A stretch of DNA of 64,000 nt from an uncultured Acidobacteriota bacterium (GCA_963735555.1 CAVTLP010000012.1:90504-154503), one strand, 5' to 3'. Shown: positions 51,915-62,621, numbered from the stretch's first letter. Notes: generated by a model from the sequence alone, not told the origin. Program-made: numbers and translations.

Positions 51915-52715
51915 CTACTTCGCTTCTGCAGTCCACTCGGTCACAGGCTCAATGGTGTTTACGAGATCCTCACGCCGTTTCCAGCTTGCGCGAAGATAAT
52001 CGCGGTTCATCGTCGCGATCACTCCCAGCGGAATCTCTTTTGGGCACACGCCTGTGCATTCGCCAATGTTGGTGCAGCTGCCGAAGGGTTCCGCATTCAT
52101 CTGCGCGACCATCCCCAGCGCTCGGTGGTCGCTCTCCACCTTGCCCTGAGGCAGGATGCTGAGATGCGCGATCTTTGCTCCGGTAAACAGCGCAGCCGAA
52201 GCGTTGGGGCAGGCCGCCACACAGGCTCCGCATCCGATGCATGCTGCCGCGTCCATCGCCCGGTCGGCGATATCCTTGCCCACGAGAATTGTGTTCCCGT
52301 CCGGCGCATTTCCTGTCGAGACCGAGATATACCCGCCCGCCGCGATAATCCGATCGAAGGCCCGCCTGTCGACCACCAGGTCCTTCATCGCCGGAAAAGC
52401 GCCCGCCCGCCATGGCTCGATCACCAGTTCCTGCCCGTCTTTGAAATGCCGCATCGTCAGCTGGCAGACAGTCGTGGCGCGCTCCGGACCATGTGCAACG
52501 CCGTTGATCATGAAGCCGCACGAACCGCAGATACCTTCGCGGCAGTCGTGCTCGAAGGCTACCGGCTCTTCGCCCTTTTCGATCAGCGTTTCGTTGAGCA
52601 CGTCGAGGCACTCCAGCATCGACATCTCGCCATTCACATCGTCCATCGAATAGCTCACGAATGCGCCCTTGGCTTTGGCACTCTTTTGCCGCCAGATTTT
52701 CAGCGTCAGTTTCAT
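51915..52715 (-). CDS. sdhB: Succinate dehydrogenase/fumarate reductase iron-sulfur subunit
   Basis: [40 protein letters not shown]. Confidence 0.95.
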   Translation of the reverse strand: MKLTLKIWRQKSAKAKGAFVSYSMDDVNGEMSMLECLDVLNETLIEKGEEPVAFEHDCREGICGSCGFMINGVAHGPERATTVCQLTMRHFKDGQELVIEPWRAGAFPAMKDLVVDRRAFDRIIAAGGYISVSTGNAPDGNTILVGKDIADRAMDAAACIGCGACVAACPNASAALFTGAKIAHLSILPQGKVESDHRALGMVAQMNAEPFGSCTNIGECTGVCPKEIPLGVIATMNRDYLRASWKRREDLVNTIEPVTEWTAEAK

Positions 52716-54630
52716 TACTTGTAGCTCCTCTGGCTGGGATGAACGTAGTGAAAATCCAGCGGCTCCTTCGAGAACTCGGGACGATTGCCGGCACCGGTGT
52801 AGCCCCAGGCAGCGACATACGAATAGTGCTCGTCATCGCGCTGTGCTTCACCGTCCGGAGTCTGATACTCCTCGCGAAAGTGGCCTCCGCACGATTCATT
52901 GCGCTCGCGCGCATCGATGCACATCAATTCACCCAGCTCGAAGAAGTCCGCGACGCGGCCGGCCTTTTCCAGGCTCTGGTTCAGGTCATCGCCGCTGCCC
53001 GGAACATTCACGTTCTGCCAGTATTCCTCGCGCAGCGCGCGAATTTCCCCGATCGCCCCTTCCAGTCCCTGCGCCGTACGCGACATGCCGCAGTGGTCCC
53101 ACATGATCTTGCCCAGCTCGCGATGAAACGAATCGACCGTCCGCTTGCCCTTGATCGAAAGCAGTTTGTCCGTCATCTGCTGAACCGACGCCACGGCGCT
53201 CCGAGCCTCAGAGTTGCTCGCATCCACCTTGGCGAATTTGTTCGTCGCGAGATAGTTGCCTACCGTGTAGGGAATCACGAAGTATCCATCCGAGAGTCCC
53301 TGCATCAGCGCGCTTGCGCCCAGGCGATTCGCGCCGTGATCAGAAAAATTTGCCTCGCCCACGACGAAGAGGCCGGGAATCGTGCTCTGCAGGTTGTAGT
53401 CCACCCACAGACCCGCCCATCGTGTAATGAATCGCGGGATAGATGCGCATCGGCACCTTGTACGGATTCTCGTCCGTGATCCGCTGGTACATGTCGAAGA
53501 GGTTGCCGTACCGCTCGCGAATCGTATGCTCGCCCAGGCGTTTTATGGCGTCCGAGAAATCGAGATAGACCCCAAGCCCGCTCGGGCCGACTCCACGTCC
53601 CTCATCACAGACAGCCTTCGCGTTCCGTGATGCCACATCGCGCGGCACAAGATTGCCAAAGCTCGGATAGCGCCGCTCCAGATAATAATCGCGCTCGCTC
53701 TCCGGGATCTGATCCGGCGAACGCTTATCGCCCTTCGTCGCTGGCACCCAGATGCGGCCATCGTTGCGCAGCGATTCGCTCATGAGCGTCAGCTTCGACT
53801 GGTAGTCGCCCGAAACCGGAATGCACGTGGGATGGATCTGCGTGTAGCAGGGATTGGCGAACAGCGCCCCGCGTTTATGCGCCCGCCAGCTTGCCGTAAC
53901 ATTCGAGCCCTTGGCATTGGTCGAGAGATAGTAGACGTTCCCGTATCCGCCCGTGCCCAGAACCACCGCGTCGGCAAGATGCGTGCTGATTTCACCCGTA
54001 ACCAGGTGGCGAGTCACAATGCCGCGCGCCTGGCCGTCAATCACAATCAAATCCAGCATCTCGGTTCGCGGATACATCGTCGACCGTACCCGCATGCACC
54101 TGGCGTTCGAGGGCCTGGTATGCGCCCAGCAGAAGCTGCTGTCCCGTCTGTCCCCGCGCGTAAAAGGTTCGCGAAACCTGCGCGCCGCCGAAGGAGCGGT
54201 TCGTCAATGCGCCGCCGTACTCGCGGGCAAAAGGAACGCCCTGCGCCACGCACTGATCGATGATGTGAACGCTGATCTCCGCCAGCCGATACACATTTGC
54301 TTCGCGCGCGCGAAAGTCGCCGCCCTTCACCGTGTCATAGAAGAGGCGATATACGCTGTCGCCGTCGTTCTGATAATTCTTAGCCGCATTGATGCCGCCC
54401 TGCGCCGCAATCGAGTGGGCGCGCCGCGGCGAATCCTGAAAGCAGAAGCACTTCACGTTGTAGCCAAGCTCGCCCAGTGTCGCCGACGCCGACGCTCCCG
54501 CCAGCCCCGACCCAACGACGATGATCGTATGTTTGCGCTTATTCGCCGGATTCACCAGCTTTAGGTCGAAGCGCGTCTTTTCCCACGCTTTTTCAATCGG
54601 ACCGGAAGGGATTTTTGAGTCGAGTGTCAT
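52715..54630 (-). CDS. sdhA: Succinate dehydrogenase/fumarate reductase flavoprotein subunit (frameshifted)
   Basis: [63 protein letters not shown]. Confidence 0.95.
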
Positions 54631-55321
54631 TTATTTCACGAGCCCCAACAGAACGCTGATCGGGATGGAAATATATCCCAGAACGATGATGACTGCGATC
54701 CAGATCGCCGCGCTCTTCAACAACCGGCGTATAGCGCGGATGATTGAGGCCGACCGACTGAAACATGCTCCAGATGCCGTGCCGCAGGTGCACACCCAGC
54801 AGGCTCACCGCGAAGATATACCACACCGACACCCACCACACCTGGAACCCGGCGACGACATTGTGATACACATCGCCCTCGATATAGGCCGCATTCGGAT
54901 CGATGATGCCGGCCGTGAGATGCAGCAGGTGAAAGATGATGAACGCCAGAACGATCGGCCCGGACCAGTACATCGTTCGCGACGCATAGGAGGAGTTGAT
55001 CGCCTCTTTGCGCGAGTAGCCAACCGGCCGGGCCTTCTTGTTGCGAAGCGCCAGTTGCACCGTCGCTGTGATGTGCAACGCGACGGCCGTCAGCAGCACG
55101 ATGCGCTCCGCCCACAAAATCTCCCCCAGCGAGTGCAGGAAATGCCCGTAGGCATTCAGCCTCTCTGGACCATCGAAGACCTGTAGATTGCCCAGCATGT
55201 GCCCGGTCACAAACGCGAACAGGATCGCGCCCGTCACCGCCATCACGATCTTCTTGCCATTCGTGGATTGCCAGAAACTCACCGCGCGGTTTTCACGCAG
55301 GCTTACCGCAGTAGCGCTCAT
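54631..55321 (-). CDS. sdhC: Succinate dehydrogenase cytochrome b558 subunit (frameshift near C-terminus)
   Basis: KKIVMAVTG..HMLGNL, ASRTMYWSG..FIIFHLLH, HLRHGIWSMFQSVG. Confidence 0.93.
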
Positions 55322-55575
55322 TGAATTTGTCCAGCCTTTCGGCAAGATTCGACGCAGCGGGACTGCAAATCCTGCCGCGGGAGAGAGTGTGGATGCCTGA
55401 TCGTTTGTAGAAGCTGTGGATGTGTCAAAACTTATTATTGGTGTTGAGGAGAGTGAGCGTCAAGGAACGCCCGGCGCAATCCCTTCCAGAAACTCTGCAA
55501 TGAAATTCTGCTAAGAGAGGTATTCCCCCGCGTGCACGGATCGCTTTGCGCAGCGGACGTTGACATGGGTCACAT

Positions 55576-57432
55576 TCATGAACTCGCGAAGAGCTGGGAA
55601 TCAAGCTTGTTGAGCATCTTGCGCAGCTTTGCAATGCTTTCATTGGTTGTTCTTTCCCCGATAACTGCCATCTCATCAGCCCGAGTAAATTCCGATATAT
55701 CAAAAGAAGTCATGTCAGGAGCGACCACAAAGTCTGCCGGCTGCACCCCAACGGCCGTCATCTTGAAGTGTTGAATCATGTTCTGTCGCATGATCACCTG
55801 AATTGTCGAGAAGAAATGGTTCTTGCGCGAATTCCCGTTGGAGCGCATTCCGAGGAAGTCTTTTTCCAGCTTTGCCGTCACGCTCGATGCGATAACAAAG
55901 TTGCAGCCCTTGGCAACAAGCACGTTGGCAGGGATATTGTTGAGCAATCCGCCGTCCACCATTGCCCGGTCTGATTGAAAGATAGGAAGCGAAAGGGGCG
56001 GAAGATTGATGCTTTCCAGGATACTCATCGTCGCGTCGCCACCCTCGCTCACGACTGGTTCTCCTTCGAAGAGATCGACGGCAACCGTAAACACCGGAAG
56101 CTGCAATTGTTCCATCCTGGTTCTGCCTATGTATTTCCGCAGCATGGATTCGAACTTATTTCTTCTGTACTTGAAGAGCAGATACCAGTAGCCGCCACCG
56201 GGCAGCTGTCGAAATATCCAGGGTGGCTGTAATTCGGCCTTGAAGGACTGAGTAGCATACTCGGGATCTAAGCCAGCCGCGTAGACGGTGCCGGTCATCG
56301 CCCCTGCGCTCGTACCCGCCAACATGTCGACATAGATGCCATGCTGCTCAAGCGCTTTAAGCACACCAAGGTGAGCCATGCCGCGCGCGGCGCCGCCTCC
56401 CAGGGCCAAACCAATCTGAACGCCTCGCAAATGATGAACGATGCGCTCAAATCCGTGCTGAAGCAGACTTCCCTGATGTGCTTGAGGAGCCTCGTTTGAA
56501 AGCTTAAAGTCTCGTTTGGCGAGTTCATACAGCTGCGGTACATAGGGAGCGATTGGAGTGTTGTTGTCGAGTAGCCACACAATCCTGATCTTGTCCCGCC
56601 ATCCGGGTACACTCTTCACCAGTGACTCGAGCAGAAGTACCGCTGCAGGCGCATCCTGCGGCTGAACACACCAAAGCACTATGTCGACGTAACTCATAAA
56701 ACGCTTCATCATCTCTTCTGAATGATCGGCACGCATATCAAACAGAAGTCGCCTGTGTGAGGCCCAGTCGCTAATAAGGTCTTGTCGCTCCTCGACATCT
56801 CCCACAAGCAACCTAAAAGGGATGTCTTCATCGGGTTTCCATTGCTCGTCGTCACCGAGAATGCATGGAGACTCGCCCAACTCGCGGAGTCGATGTGCCA
56901 ATCGACGAACGAGTGGACGGCTCGCCGCAGTGTGATGCACGACACCCACGACGGATGGCTTCGGCAGCGAACGATTGACCATCACGTATCGTTTGAATAC
57001 GTTCGCTGACAAGCGAAACATAGCGAGTTGAAAGTCCGCATGCTTCGCTGTCAACTGAAGCAGGTTCGATAGTGTCAGCCGGACTGCTGTCGAAGGTTCA
57101 GTAGCCTGGACTTGCAAGTAAGAGCGATCCGATAAACCGAGGGAAAATAACCCGATGACAGCCCCTCGAACAAAAGTATCCTGCTGCATCTCCTTGCCCA
57201 GCGAATCGTAGAGCGTTGCCTTCATCCGGCCCGTGATGAGGAAATACACGTGGGCAATCTCTGATTCGACCTCAATGACCACTTCTTCCGCTTGAAACGA
57301 GACCCAGTCAGCCGCATTCGTAATCGCTGCCAACGTGTCCTCGTTCAGCTCTTTCGCCCATTCGAGCCGGCGAAGCTCTATCTGAAGTCGCTCAGTCGTT
57401 GGAGAAACTGGCTTTTCGTCGCTGCGATCCAT
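55576..57432 (-). CDS. cNMP-binding + patatin-like phospholipase (NTE family)
   Basis: AAGGAG RBS; N-terminal cNMP-binding-like domain; LALGGGAARG, GTSAG and DGG motifs. Confidence 0.88.
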   Translation of the reverse strand: MDRSDEKPVSPTTERLQIELRRLEWAKELNEDTLAAITNAADWVSFQAEEVVIEVESEIAHVYFLITGRMKATLYDSLGKEMQQDTFVRGAVIGLFSLGLSDRSYLQVQATEPSTAVRLTLSNLLQLTAKHADFQLAMFRLSANVFKRYVMVNRSLPKPSVVGVVHHTAASRPLVRRLAHRLRELGESPCILGDDEQWKPDEDIPFRLLVGDVEERQDLISDWASHRRLLFDMRADHSEEMMKRFMSYVDIVLWCVQPQDAPAAVLLLESLVKSVPGWRDKIRIVWLLDNNTPIAPYVPQLYELAKRDFKLSNEAPQAHQGSLLQHGFERIVHHLRGVQIGLALGGGAARGMAHLGVLKALEQHGIYVDMLAGTSAGAMTGTVYAAGLDPEYATQSFKAELQPPWIFRQLPGGGYWYLLFKYRRNKFESMLRKYIGRTRMEQLQLPVFTVAVDLFEGEPVVSEGGDATMSILESINLPPLSLPIFQSDRAMVDGGLLNNIPANVLVAKGCNFVIASSVTAKLEKDFLGMRSNGNSRKNHFFSTIQVIMRQNMIQHFKMTAVGVQPADFVVAPDMTSFDISEFTRADEMAVIGERTTNESIAKLRKMLNKLDSQLFASS

Positions 57433-57570
57433 CTCGTTCTCCTTGAACGGGGTAGAATCCAAGCCCGGCGACAGGCTTGTCGAGATGTGAGTCGAGGGTG
57501 TATCCGAGCAAAATCCCTCCGCTACAGTCACGGTCAATCATTATCCTCTAATTTCAAAGTAGGCGGCACA

Positions 57571-57712
57571 TCAGGCAAGATGCACGGCAAGCTGACGTCC
57601 CGTTTCGCCGCGCTCTGTACGTGCCGCGAAAGAGAAGGTCATGGCCACGCCGGAGATGAACAGGAAAGAAGGGAAGATCATGTCCGTCGGAGTCCAGCCG
57701 TTCCAGGGTGCA
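57571..57712 (-). pseudogene. Remnant of a DUF5009/HGSNAT-family gene
   Basis: Reads APWNGWTPTDMIFPSFLFISGVAMTFSFAARTERGETGRQLAVHLA*. Homologous to ADWNGFTPTDLVFPTFLFLVGISTVFS in 31622-32818; both ends are missing. Confidence 0.8.
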
Positions 57713-57751
57713 AGCAGAAGCGAACGCAGCGCCTGTGAACCGGACAAGGCT

Positions 57752-58834
57752 TTAGCCGATGAGGTATTTGCTCCCCGGCAGCAGCGAGAGCAGCTTGACT
57801 GCGAGATAAGTAATCACGAAGGTAACGACTGCGATCGTTGGTATGCGCAAAAACGCATTCTCAAGTATGGGCGCCAGGAGGGAGTGAATCGCGTTGAGCA
57901 CGATGATGTGCGCCAGATACATGCCATAGCTCATTCGCGAAAGATCCTCGATAAATCGCCATAAACGATTATTCCCGCGATCCCCATGAATATTACGGAA
58001 GAGGATGAATAGTCCTGCTGTCATGACCGCAACGTTCAGCGAGGCGTAGTTCCACGTCAACTCGAGGCTCTTTATTTGCTGCACGTAACGAAGTCTGTAG
58101 AGAAATCCTGCAACGGTAAAGGCGTAACCCGCAACAACCATGGCGATTGCGAAGCAATCGAGACGCAGCGAAGGCGCCATCAGGAATCGCTTGATGTAAA
58201 CGGCCAATACGACATAGCCAATGAAGCCTGAGAAGTAGTAGAGGGTTGGCGTCGGATTCCAAAAAGCCTCGCCCCACACCTCTGGGAAGAAGAGATGAAT
58301 GAAGGGCAGCAACAGGGTCATGCCCCACAGCAACAGGAAGAGTTCCATGCTCTTCCGGCTTGCCGAAATGATCCACGGCGAGAGCACAGGTGCGATGAGG
58401 TAGATGGCCATCAGCATATATACGAACCACAGATGGCCGACTTCGGTGCCGTAATTGACAGGGATTTTGGCGATATTGAGCAAAGTGGCGCGAAGTGAGA
58501 TCGTTCCTTGCGCGTAGTAATAGAACGCGTAGACCACGCACCAGACGAGGAAGGGAATCAACACTCGGGTAAAGCGCTTCCGGAAGAATTTGCGCTCGTC
58601 TTCGATGGGGAAAAGGAAGAATCCACTGATCATGACGAAGAGCGGCACGCAGGTGCGCAGGAGGGAGTTTGTCCATCCCACGGCCCAGGCCCCGGCGGTG
58701 TGCAGTACAGTTCCGTCTGTTGCTATGTATTCAAACTCACCCGTGTGGATCTGCATGACCATGTAAATCGCGATGACGCGCAAGAGATCGAAGCCGCGAT
58801 GGCGCGCGTGGGTGGGAGAAGCTGAGAGGTTCAC
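57752..58834 (-). CDS. Acyltransferase_3 family membrane O-acyltransferase
   Basis: FDLLRVIAIYMVMQIH, CVPLFVMISG, KRFTRVLIPF, HLWFVY, SYGMYLAH. GTG start is inferred. Confidence 0.9.
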   Translation of the reverse strand: MNLSASPTHARHRGFDLLRVIAIYMVMQIHTGEFEYIATDGTVLHTAGAWAVGWTNSLLRTCVPLFVMISGFFLFPIEDERKFFRKRFTRVLIPFLVWCVVYAFYYYAQGTISLRATLLNIAKIPVNYGTEVGHLWFVYMLMAIYLIAPVLSPWIISASRKSMELFLLLWGMTLLLPFIHLFFPEVWGEAFWNPTPTLYYFSGFIGYVVLAVYIKRFLMAPSLRLDCFAIAMVVAGYAFTVAGFLYRLRYVQQIKSLELTWNYASLNVAVMTAGLFILFRNIHGDRGNNRLWRFIEDLSRMSYGMYLAHIIVLNAIHSLLAPILENAFLRIPTIAVVTFVITYLAVKLLSLLPGSKYLIG

Positions 58835-58879
58835 GATATACGCTTTCCAGTCATGTGAAGATAGTAGCGAAAGGCGGGT

Positions 58880-59050
58880 GGCCCATCCCTTGATTTCTCT
58901 CGAACCAGCCACGAACGGGAGGGCCCCACGAGCGAACCGGGGTCCTCGGCAAGCCAGGTTTTTGCTCGCTGGAGTGGGAAAGCGAAGGAGGAAGGAACAG
59001 ATCGAGTTCCCGCGGGGCGTCTCTACATCTCGCTTCTGAGATGTGGGAAG
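58880..59050. repeat. Cluster of REP-like short palindromic elements
   Basis: gggtggcccatcc, ggggtcctcggcaagc..gctcgctggagtggg and the hairpin acatctc-gcttct-gagatgt(ggg), all intergenic. Confidence 0.45.
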
Positions 59051-59114
59051 ATGCGCAAGCCAAGCCGACCGCGTTCGAATCTTAAGTTGGCTAATCCCTA
59101 ATGGCTGCCTTTTT

Positions 59115-59416
59115 TTGGCCGACAATTTCGCCAAACCAGCTACAATGGAAATAGAGACGACAAAGAGCCTGGCTATAACTAGCCGGGCTCTTTGTCTTGA
59201 CACTCACAAATCACACAAAATAAATGACTTATTGTAAGTGATTGATTCTCTAGGTAACAGCTGTAAGTTACACAAAACAATGGTACAGCGACCGAGGTAT
59301 CCCGTAACCATTTTGAAATGAAACGGTTACGGGATCTACCAACCCGAGGTATGACTTAAACCATTTGTTATGAAACGATTACGAAAATGTATAAAAATGG
59401 GGGGAAGGGTACCCCC
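59115..59416 (+). repeat. Non-coding repeated element, copy B
   Basis: Head homologous to 29617-29660; 17-bp hairpin 59159-59196; 27-mers near 59206, 59234, 59263, 59304 and 59356; ends ggggggaagggtaccccc. Confidence 0.8.
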
Positions 59417-59442
59417 ATCCGCAAAAGCTGAGATGGACAGAG

Positions 59443-60066
59443 TTACCGCTGACGCTCGCGCATCCTTGCCACAAGAGCGCGCAGCGCCTTCCCGCGATGA
59501 CTGAGCCGATGTTTCGTAGCCAGGTCGATCTCGGCCATGGTCTTGCCTACCTCAGGTAGATAAAAGAGTGGATCGTATCCGAAGCCCCCTGCGCCTCGCG
59601 GAATGGTGACGATTTCGCCCTCTACCGTGCCTTCGGCGGTGACCAGGCAGTCTCCGTCGCGCGCGGCAGCCAGAACGCACCGATACCGCGCCCTGCGTTC
59701 CTCGCCGGACACGACCTTGAGCCGGCGAAGTAGATACAGATTGTTCCGCTCATCGGTATTTTCGTCCGTATGAGTTACGAAGCCCGCGTCATCGGCATAG
59801 CGGGCCGAACGGACACCCGGTTCGCCGCCCAGGGCATCGACTTCCAGCCCCGAATCATCTGCGAGGACAATCTCGCCGGGCAGGTATCGGCTGTAATAGG
59901 CAGCCTTCACCCGCGCATTGCCCTCGAAGTCGGGCTCGTCTTCGGCCGGAGCGGTAATATCTCTAAGCCCCGGCAGAGGATGAATGGCAACGCCTTCCGC
60001 CTCTGCCGCCACGGTGAAGTCACGTAGCTTGCCCGGATTCGTGGTGGCAACGTACAGGGTTGTCAA
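59443..60066 (-). CDS. rdgB: Non-canonical purine NTP pyrophosphatase (RdgB/HAM1)
   Basis: ATTNPGKLRD, FEGNARVKA, ADDSGLEVDALGGEPGVRSAR, GFGYDPLF, SHRGKAL. Confidence 0.96.
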   Translation of the reverse strand: MTTLYVATTNPGKLRDFTVAAEAEGVAIHPLPGLRDITAPAEDEPDFEGNARVKAAYYSRYLPGEIVLADDSGLEVDALGGEPGVRSARYADDAGFVTHTDENTDERNNLYLLRRLKVVSGEERRARYRCVLAAARDGDCLVTAEGTVEGEIVTIPRGAGGFGYDPLFYLPEVGKTMAEIDLATKHRLSHRGKALRALVARMRERQR

Positions 60067-60445
60067 GATTCCTTCTGGTCGCGCAACTGCCTCTTCCAGC
60101 CGAGCAGCTTAGCGCGCGTAGCCGCCGCTTCGGCTTCGGGGATATTTCCCTGGCGCTGGTAGAGGATCGAGAGGCTGGTGTGCGCGAGAACGTCGTCCGG
60201 GTGTGCGGCGATAAGGCTCCGCGCGACGGCGACGGCCTCGTCGAGTTGCCCGGCATCCTTCAGTGCATGCATCAGGCCATGCGCAGCGTCTGTATACTGC
60301 CGGGTCGGCAGCAAGACTTGCCCGGAAGCCGGAAATGGCGGTCGGGAAGATCGCCTGCAGCAAGGCCATCGACGGCCTGATGGTAGAGGACCTCGGCGAG
60401 AGACGGCGTGAGGCTGGCACTCTCCGGTGGTGAGATGGGAGCCAT
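60063..60445 (-). CDS. Small TPR protein (frameshifted)
   Basis: LYHQAVDGLAAGDL..AISGFRASLAADP.YTDAAHGL..GQLDEAV..PDDVLAHTSLSILYQRQG; overlaps the rdgB start. Confidence 0.75.
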
Positions 60446-60464
60446 TTGTCTCCCATCATAACCT

Positions 60465-61295
60465 TCAGTGATTAGCCGCCACAGGTGCTGCGCCGCTCGG
60501 GCGGACCGCTGCCTTTGCCGGCTCCGTTTGCGGCACGCCGTTGATATACGGCAGCACGATGATGTCCACGCGACGGTTCTGGCCCCGTCCCTCAGCCGTA
60601 TCGTTCCCCGCCACCGGGTGGTACTCGGCGTAACCGGCCGCAGCCAGACGCCCAGGCTGAAAGGCGAAACGCTCGATGAAGAGCCTTGCCATGTGGGTAG
60701 CGCGCCCGGTGGATAGCTCCCAGTTGGAGGCGAACTGGCCGGTGTGTATCGGAACGCTGTCGGTATGGCCCTCGATGCGGATGTCGTAAGGGGTGGGGCG
60801 CAGGATCGTGACGATGGAGTCGATGCTGCCGATCGAGCCCGGGTGGGGGCTGGTAGAACCGCTGTCGTAAAAACCGGCCTCCCGTAGCGAAATGACGAGG
60901 CCGTCCCTGCCGATGTGCAAGGCAACCACATGTTGGGCGATCTGGTTAGACAGCCTCGCCTCGAGCTCTCTGCGCATGCGTTCGAAGTCGGCTCTCACAG
61001 CGGCTGAGGGCGAGGCCGAGAGTTCATCGCCGAGGACAATGTTTATCGCAGAAACCGGTTCGTCGGTAGACGAAGCAAGGGATTTGGCGCGCGGGTCGGC
61101 TTTGTCGGGGGGAAACAGCCCGAGAGATTTGAAGGCCTGGTTGATGGCTCGCGCGACCTGGGCCTGCTTTCTTATATCCGTTTGCGAGCTGGCGTAGAGG
61201 ACGACGAAAAAGGCGAACATGAGTGTAATGAAGTCGGCATAAGAGATCAGCCAACGCTCGTGATTGGCGTGAAGTTTCCGTTTCTGCCGTTTCAT
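60465..61295 (-). CDS. motB: Flagellar motor stator protein MotB
   Basis: RWLISYADFITLMFAFFVVLYA; OmpA-like IEGHTD..SNWELS..RA..NRRVDI. Confidence 0.96.
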   Translation of the reverse strand: MKRQKRKLHANHERWLISYADFITLMFAFFVVLYASSQTDIRKQAQVARAINQAFKSLGLFPPDKADPRAKSLASSTDEPVSAINIVLGDELSASPSAAVRADFERMRRELEARLSNQIAQHVVALHIGRDGLVISLREAGFYDSGSTSPHPGSIGSIDSIVTILRPTPYDIRIEGHTDSVPIHTGQFASNWELSTGRATHMARLFIERFAFQPGRLAAAGYAEYHPVAGNDTAEGRGQNRRVDIIVLPYINGVPQTEPAKAAVRPSGAAPVAANH

Positions 61296-62083
61296 GCCGC
61301 GCCTTTTTTGACCTCAACCGGGCCTTTTCCTTTGGCACGAGGCGCAGCCAGGAAACTTTCGAGCTTGATCTCGATCATGCGCGGGTTCATGCCCTCGAGA
61401 ATAGAGACGACGCCTTCGAGCGTCATCTCCTTCAGCACCTGTTCTTCCCGGATGCGCAGGCGTAATTTGCCAGCTACGGGCAGAAAAAAGATATTGGCGG
61501 CGCCCACCCCATATATGGTTGCGACAAAGGCCACGGCGATACCTTTGCCGACCTCGTCCATATGGTCCAGGTGCTGCATCACCTGGATAAGACCCATGAC
61601 GGCGCCGATGATGCCGATGGTTGGCGAGAAGCCACCGGCGGATTCGAAGACGGCAGGGATTTTCTCCTCCAACTCGAATTGGTTCTCGATCTGCAGCTCC
61701 ATGATCTTGCGCAATTCGGTGGGTTCAGTTCCATCGACAGCCAGCATGATGGCCTGCTTGAGAAAGGCATCTTCAATAGACTGCAGATCCTGATCGAGCG
61801 AAATGATCCCACTGCGCCTCGCCTTGTTCGCGAAGTGAATCAGCTGCCGTACGGTGACTTCGCCGCTGCTGTCGCGGTGAAAGAAGGCGCGAAACAGCCG
61901 TTTGGCCGCTGCGCCGACAATCGCGAGCGGATACTGGAGCATGACAGCGCCAAGAGTACCGCCCAGGACAATCATGGCGGCCGTGGGCTGCAGAATCTGG
62001 CCGATGTGGCCACCCTCGAGCAGTAGACCGGCGAGAATTCCCGCCAGCGCCAGCAATATTCCAACAAGACTGCTTGTATCCAT
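61292..62083 (-). CDS. motA: Flagellar motor stator protein MotA
   Basis: AAMIVLGGT, ARRSGIISL, GGFSPTIGIIGAVMGL, AFVATIYG, GMNP. Confidence 0.96.
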   Translation of the reverse strand: MDTSSLVGILLALAGILAGLLLEGGHIGQILQPTAAMIVLGGTLGAVMLQYPLAIVGAAAKRLFRAFFHRDSSGEVTVRQLIHFANKARRSGIISLDQDLQSIEDAFLKQAIMLAVDGTEPTELRKIMELQIENQFELEEKIPAVFESAGGFSPTIGIIGAVMGLIQVMQHLDHMDEVGKGIAVAFVATIYGVGAANIFFLPVAGKLRLRIREEQVLKEMTLEGVVSILEGMNPRMIEIKLESFLAAPRAKGKGPVEVKKGAA

Positions 62084-62150
62084 TGCGCTTTATCCCCTGC
62101 GTTTCATCACATTCAGGATCAACATCTGCGTCAGCAATGCATCGGCGACT

Positions 62151-62477
62151 CTAGCTCTCCGTTCTGCGCCTGCGTGAGGCCACCGTCATGTTCGGTTCGA
62201 TCCGGTCGGAAGTTCCGCGCGCTGGAACTGCTACCGAGGTCCGCAGGGCGGATCCGGAAGCAAGGACTATGCCTCCCGGGCAATGTTTTGCCGCCTCGCC
62301 CATCAGCCGCGCGCGATAAGCAACGGTGAGGTCGATTACCTCCGCTGCACTTTCGCAAACCACTAACTTCTCGCCGTTGACGAGGGTGAGCGTGGTGTCC
62401 GGAGCAGACTCGGCATATTGAATAAGGTCGCTGTTGACGACCAGTGAAATCCCGTTGAGGCGTGTGAGTTCGATCAT
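62151..62477 (-). CDS. flbD: Flagellar FlbD family protein
   Basis: MIELTRLNG..VNSDLIQYAESAPDTTLTLVNGEKLVVCES. Confidence 0.92.
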   Translation of the reverse strand: MIELTRLNGISLVVNSDLIQYAESAPDTTLTLVNGEKLVVCESAAEVIDLTVAYRARLMGEAAKHCPGGIVLASGSALRTSVAVPARGTSDRIEPNMTVASRRRRTES

Positions 62478-62510
62478 TGTGTGTTCGTTTTGATTCTCTA
62501 GCTGATCTCT

Positions 62511-62537
62511 CTATCGGCGGGGAGAGGGAAAGGTTGA
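62511..62537 (-). promoter_or_regulatory. Sigma28 (FliA) promoter for flbD-motAB
   Basis: Minus strand TCAA-N15-GCCGATAG, compared with consensus TAAA-N15-GCCGATAA. Confidence 0.8.
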
Positions 62538-62621
62538 CAAAGCTTCAAGATGCAAAGACCGAACTGCTGTGACCCGGGGAAGACGGGCACGCACGCCGCT
62601 TGCCATACAGGGCGCCTTGAA

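Noticed and set aside
58835-59203. N-terminal 120-aa extension of the acyltransferase ORF (57752..59203)
   Set aside because: It runs through REP-like and repeat-element DNA; family homology begins only near 58800.
59200-59385. CRISPR array
   Set aside because: Units are degenerate, spacing is irregular (28-52 bp), there are no unique spacers of constant length and no cas genes nearby.
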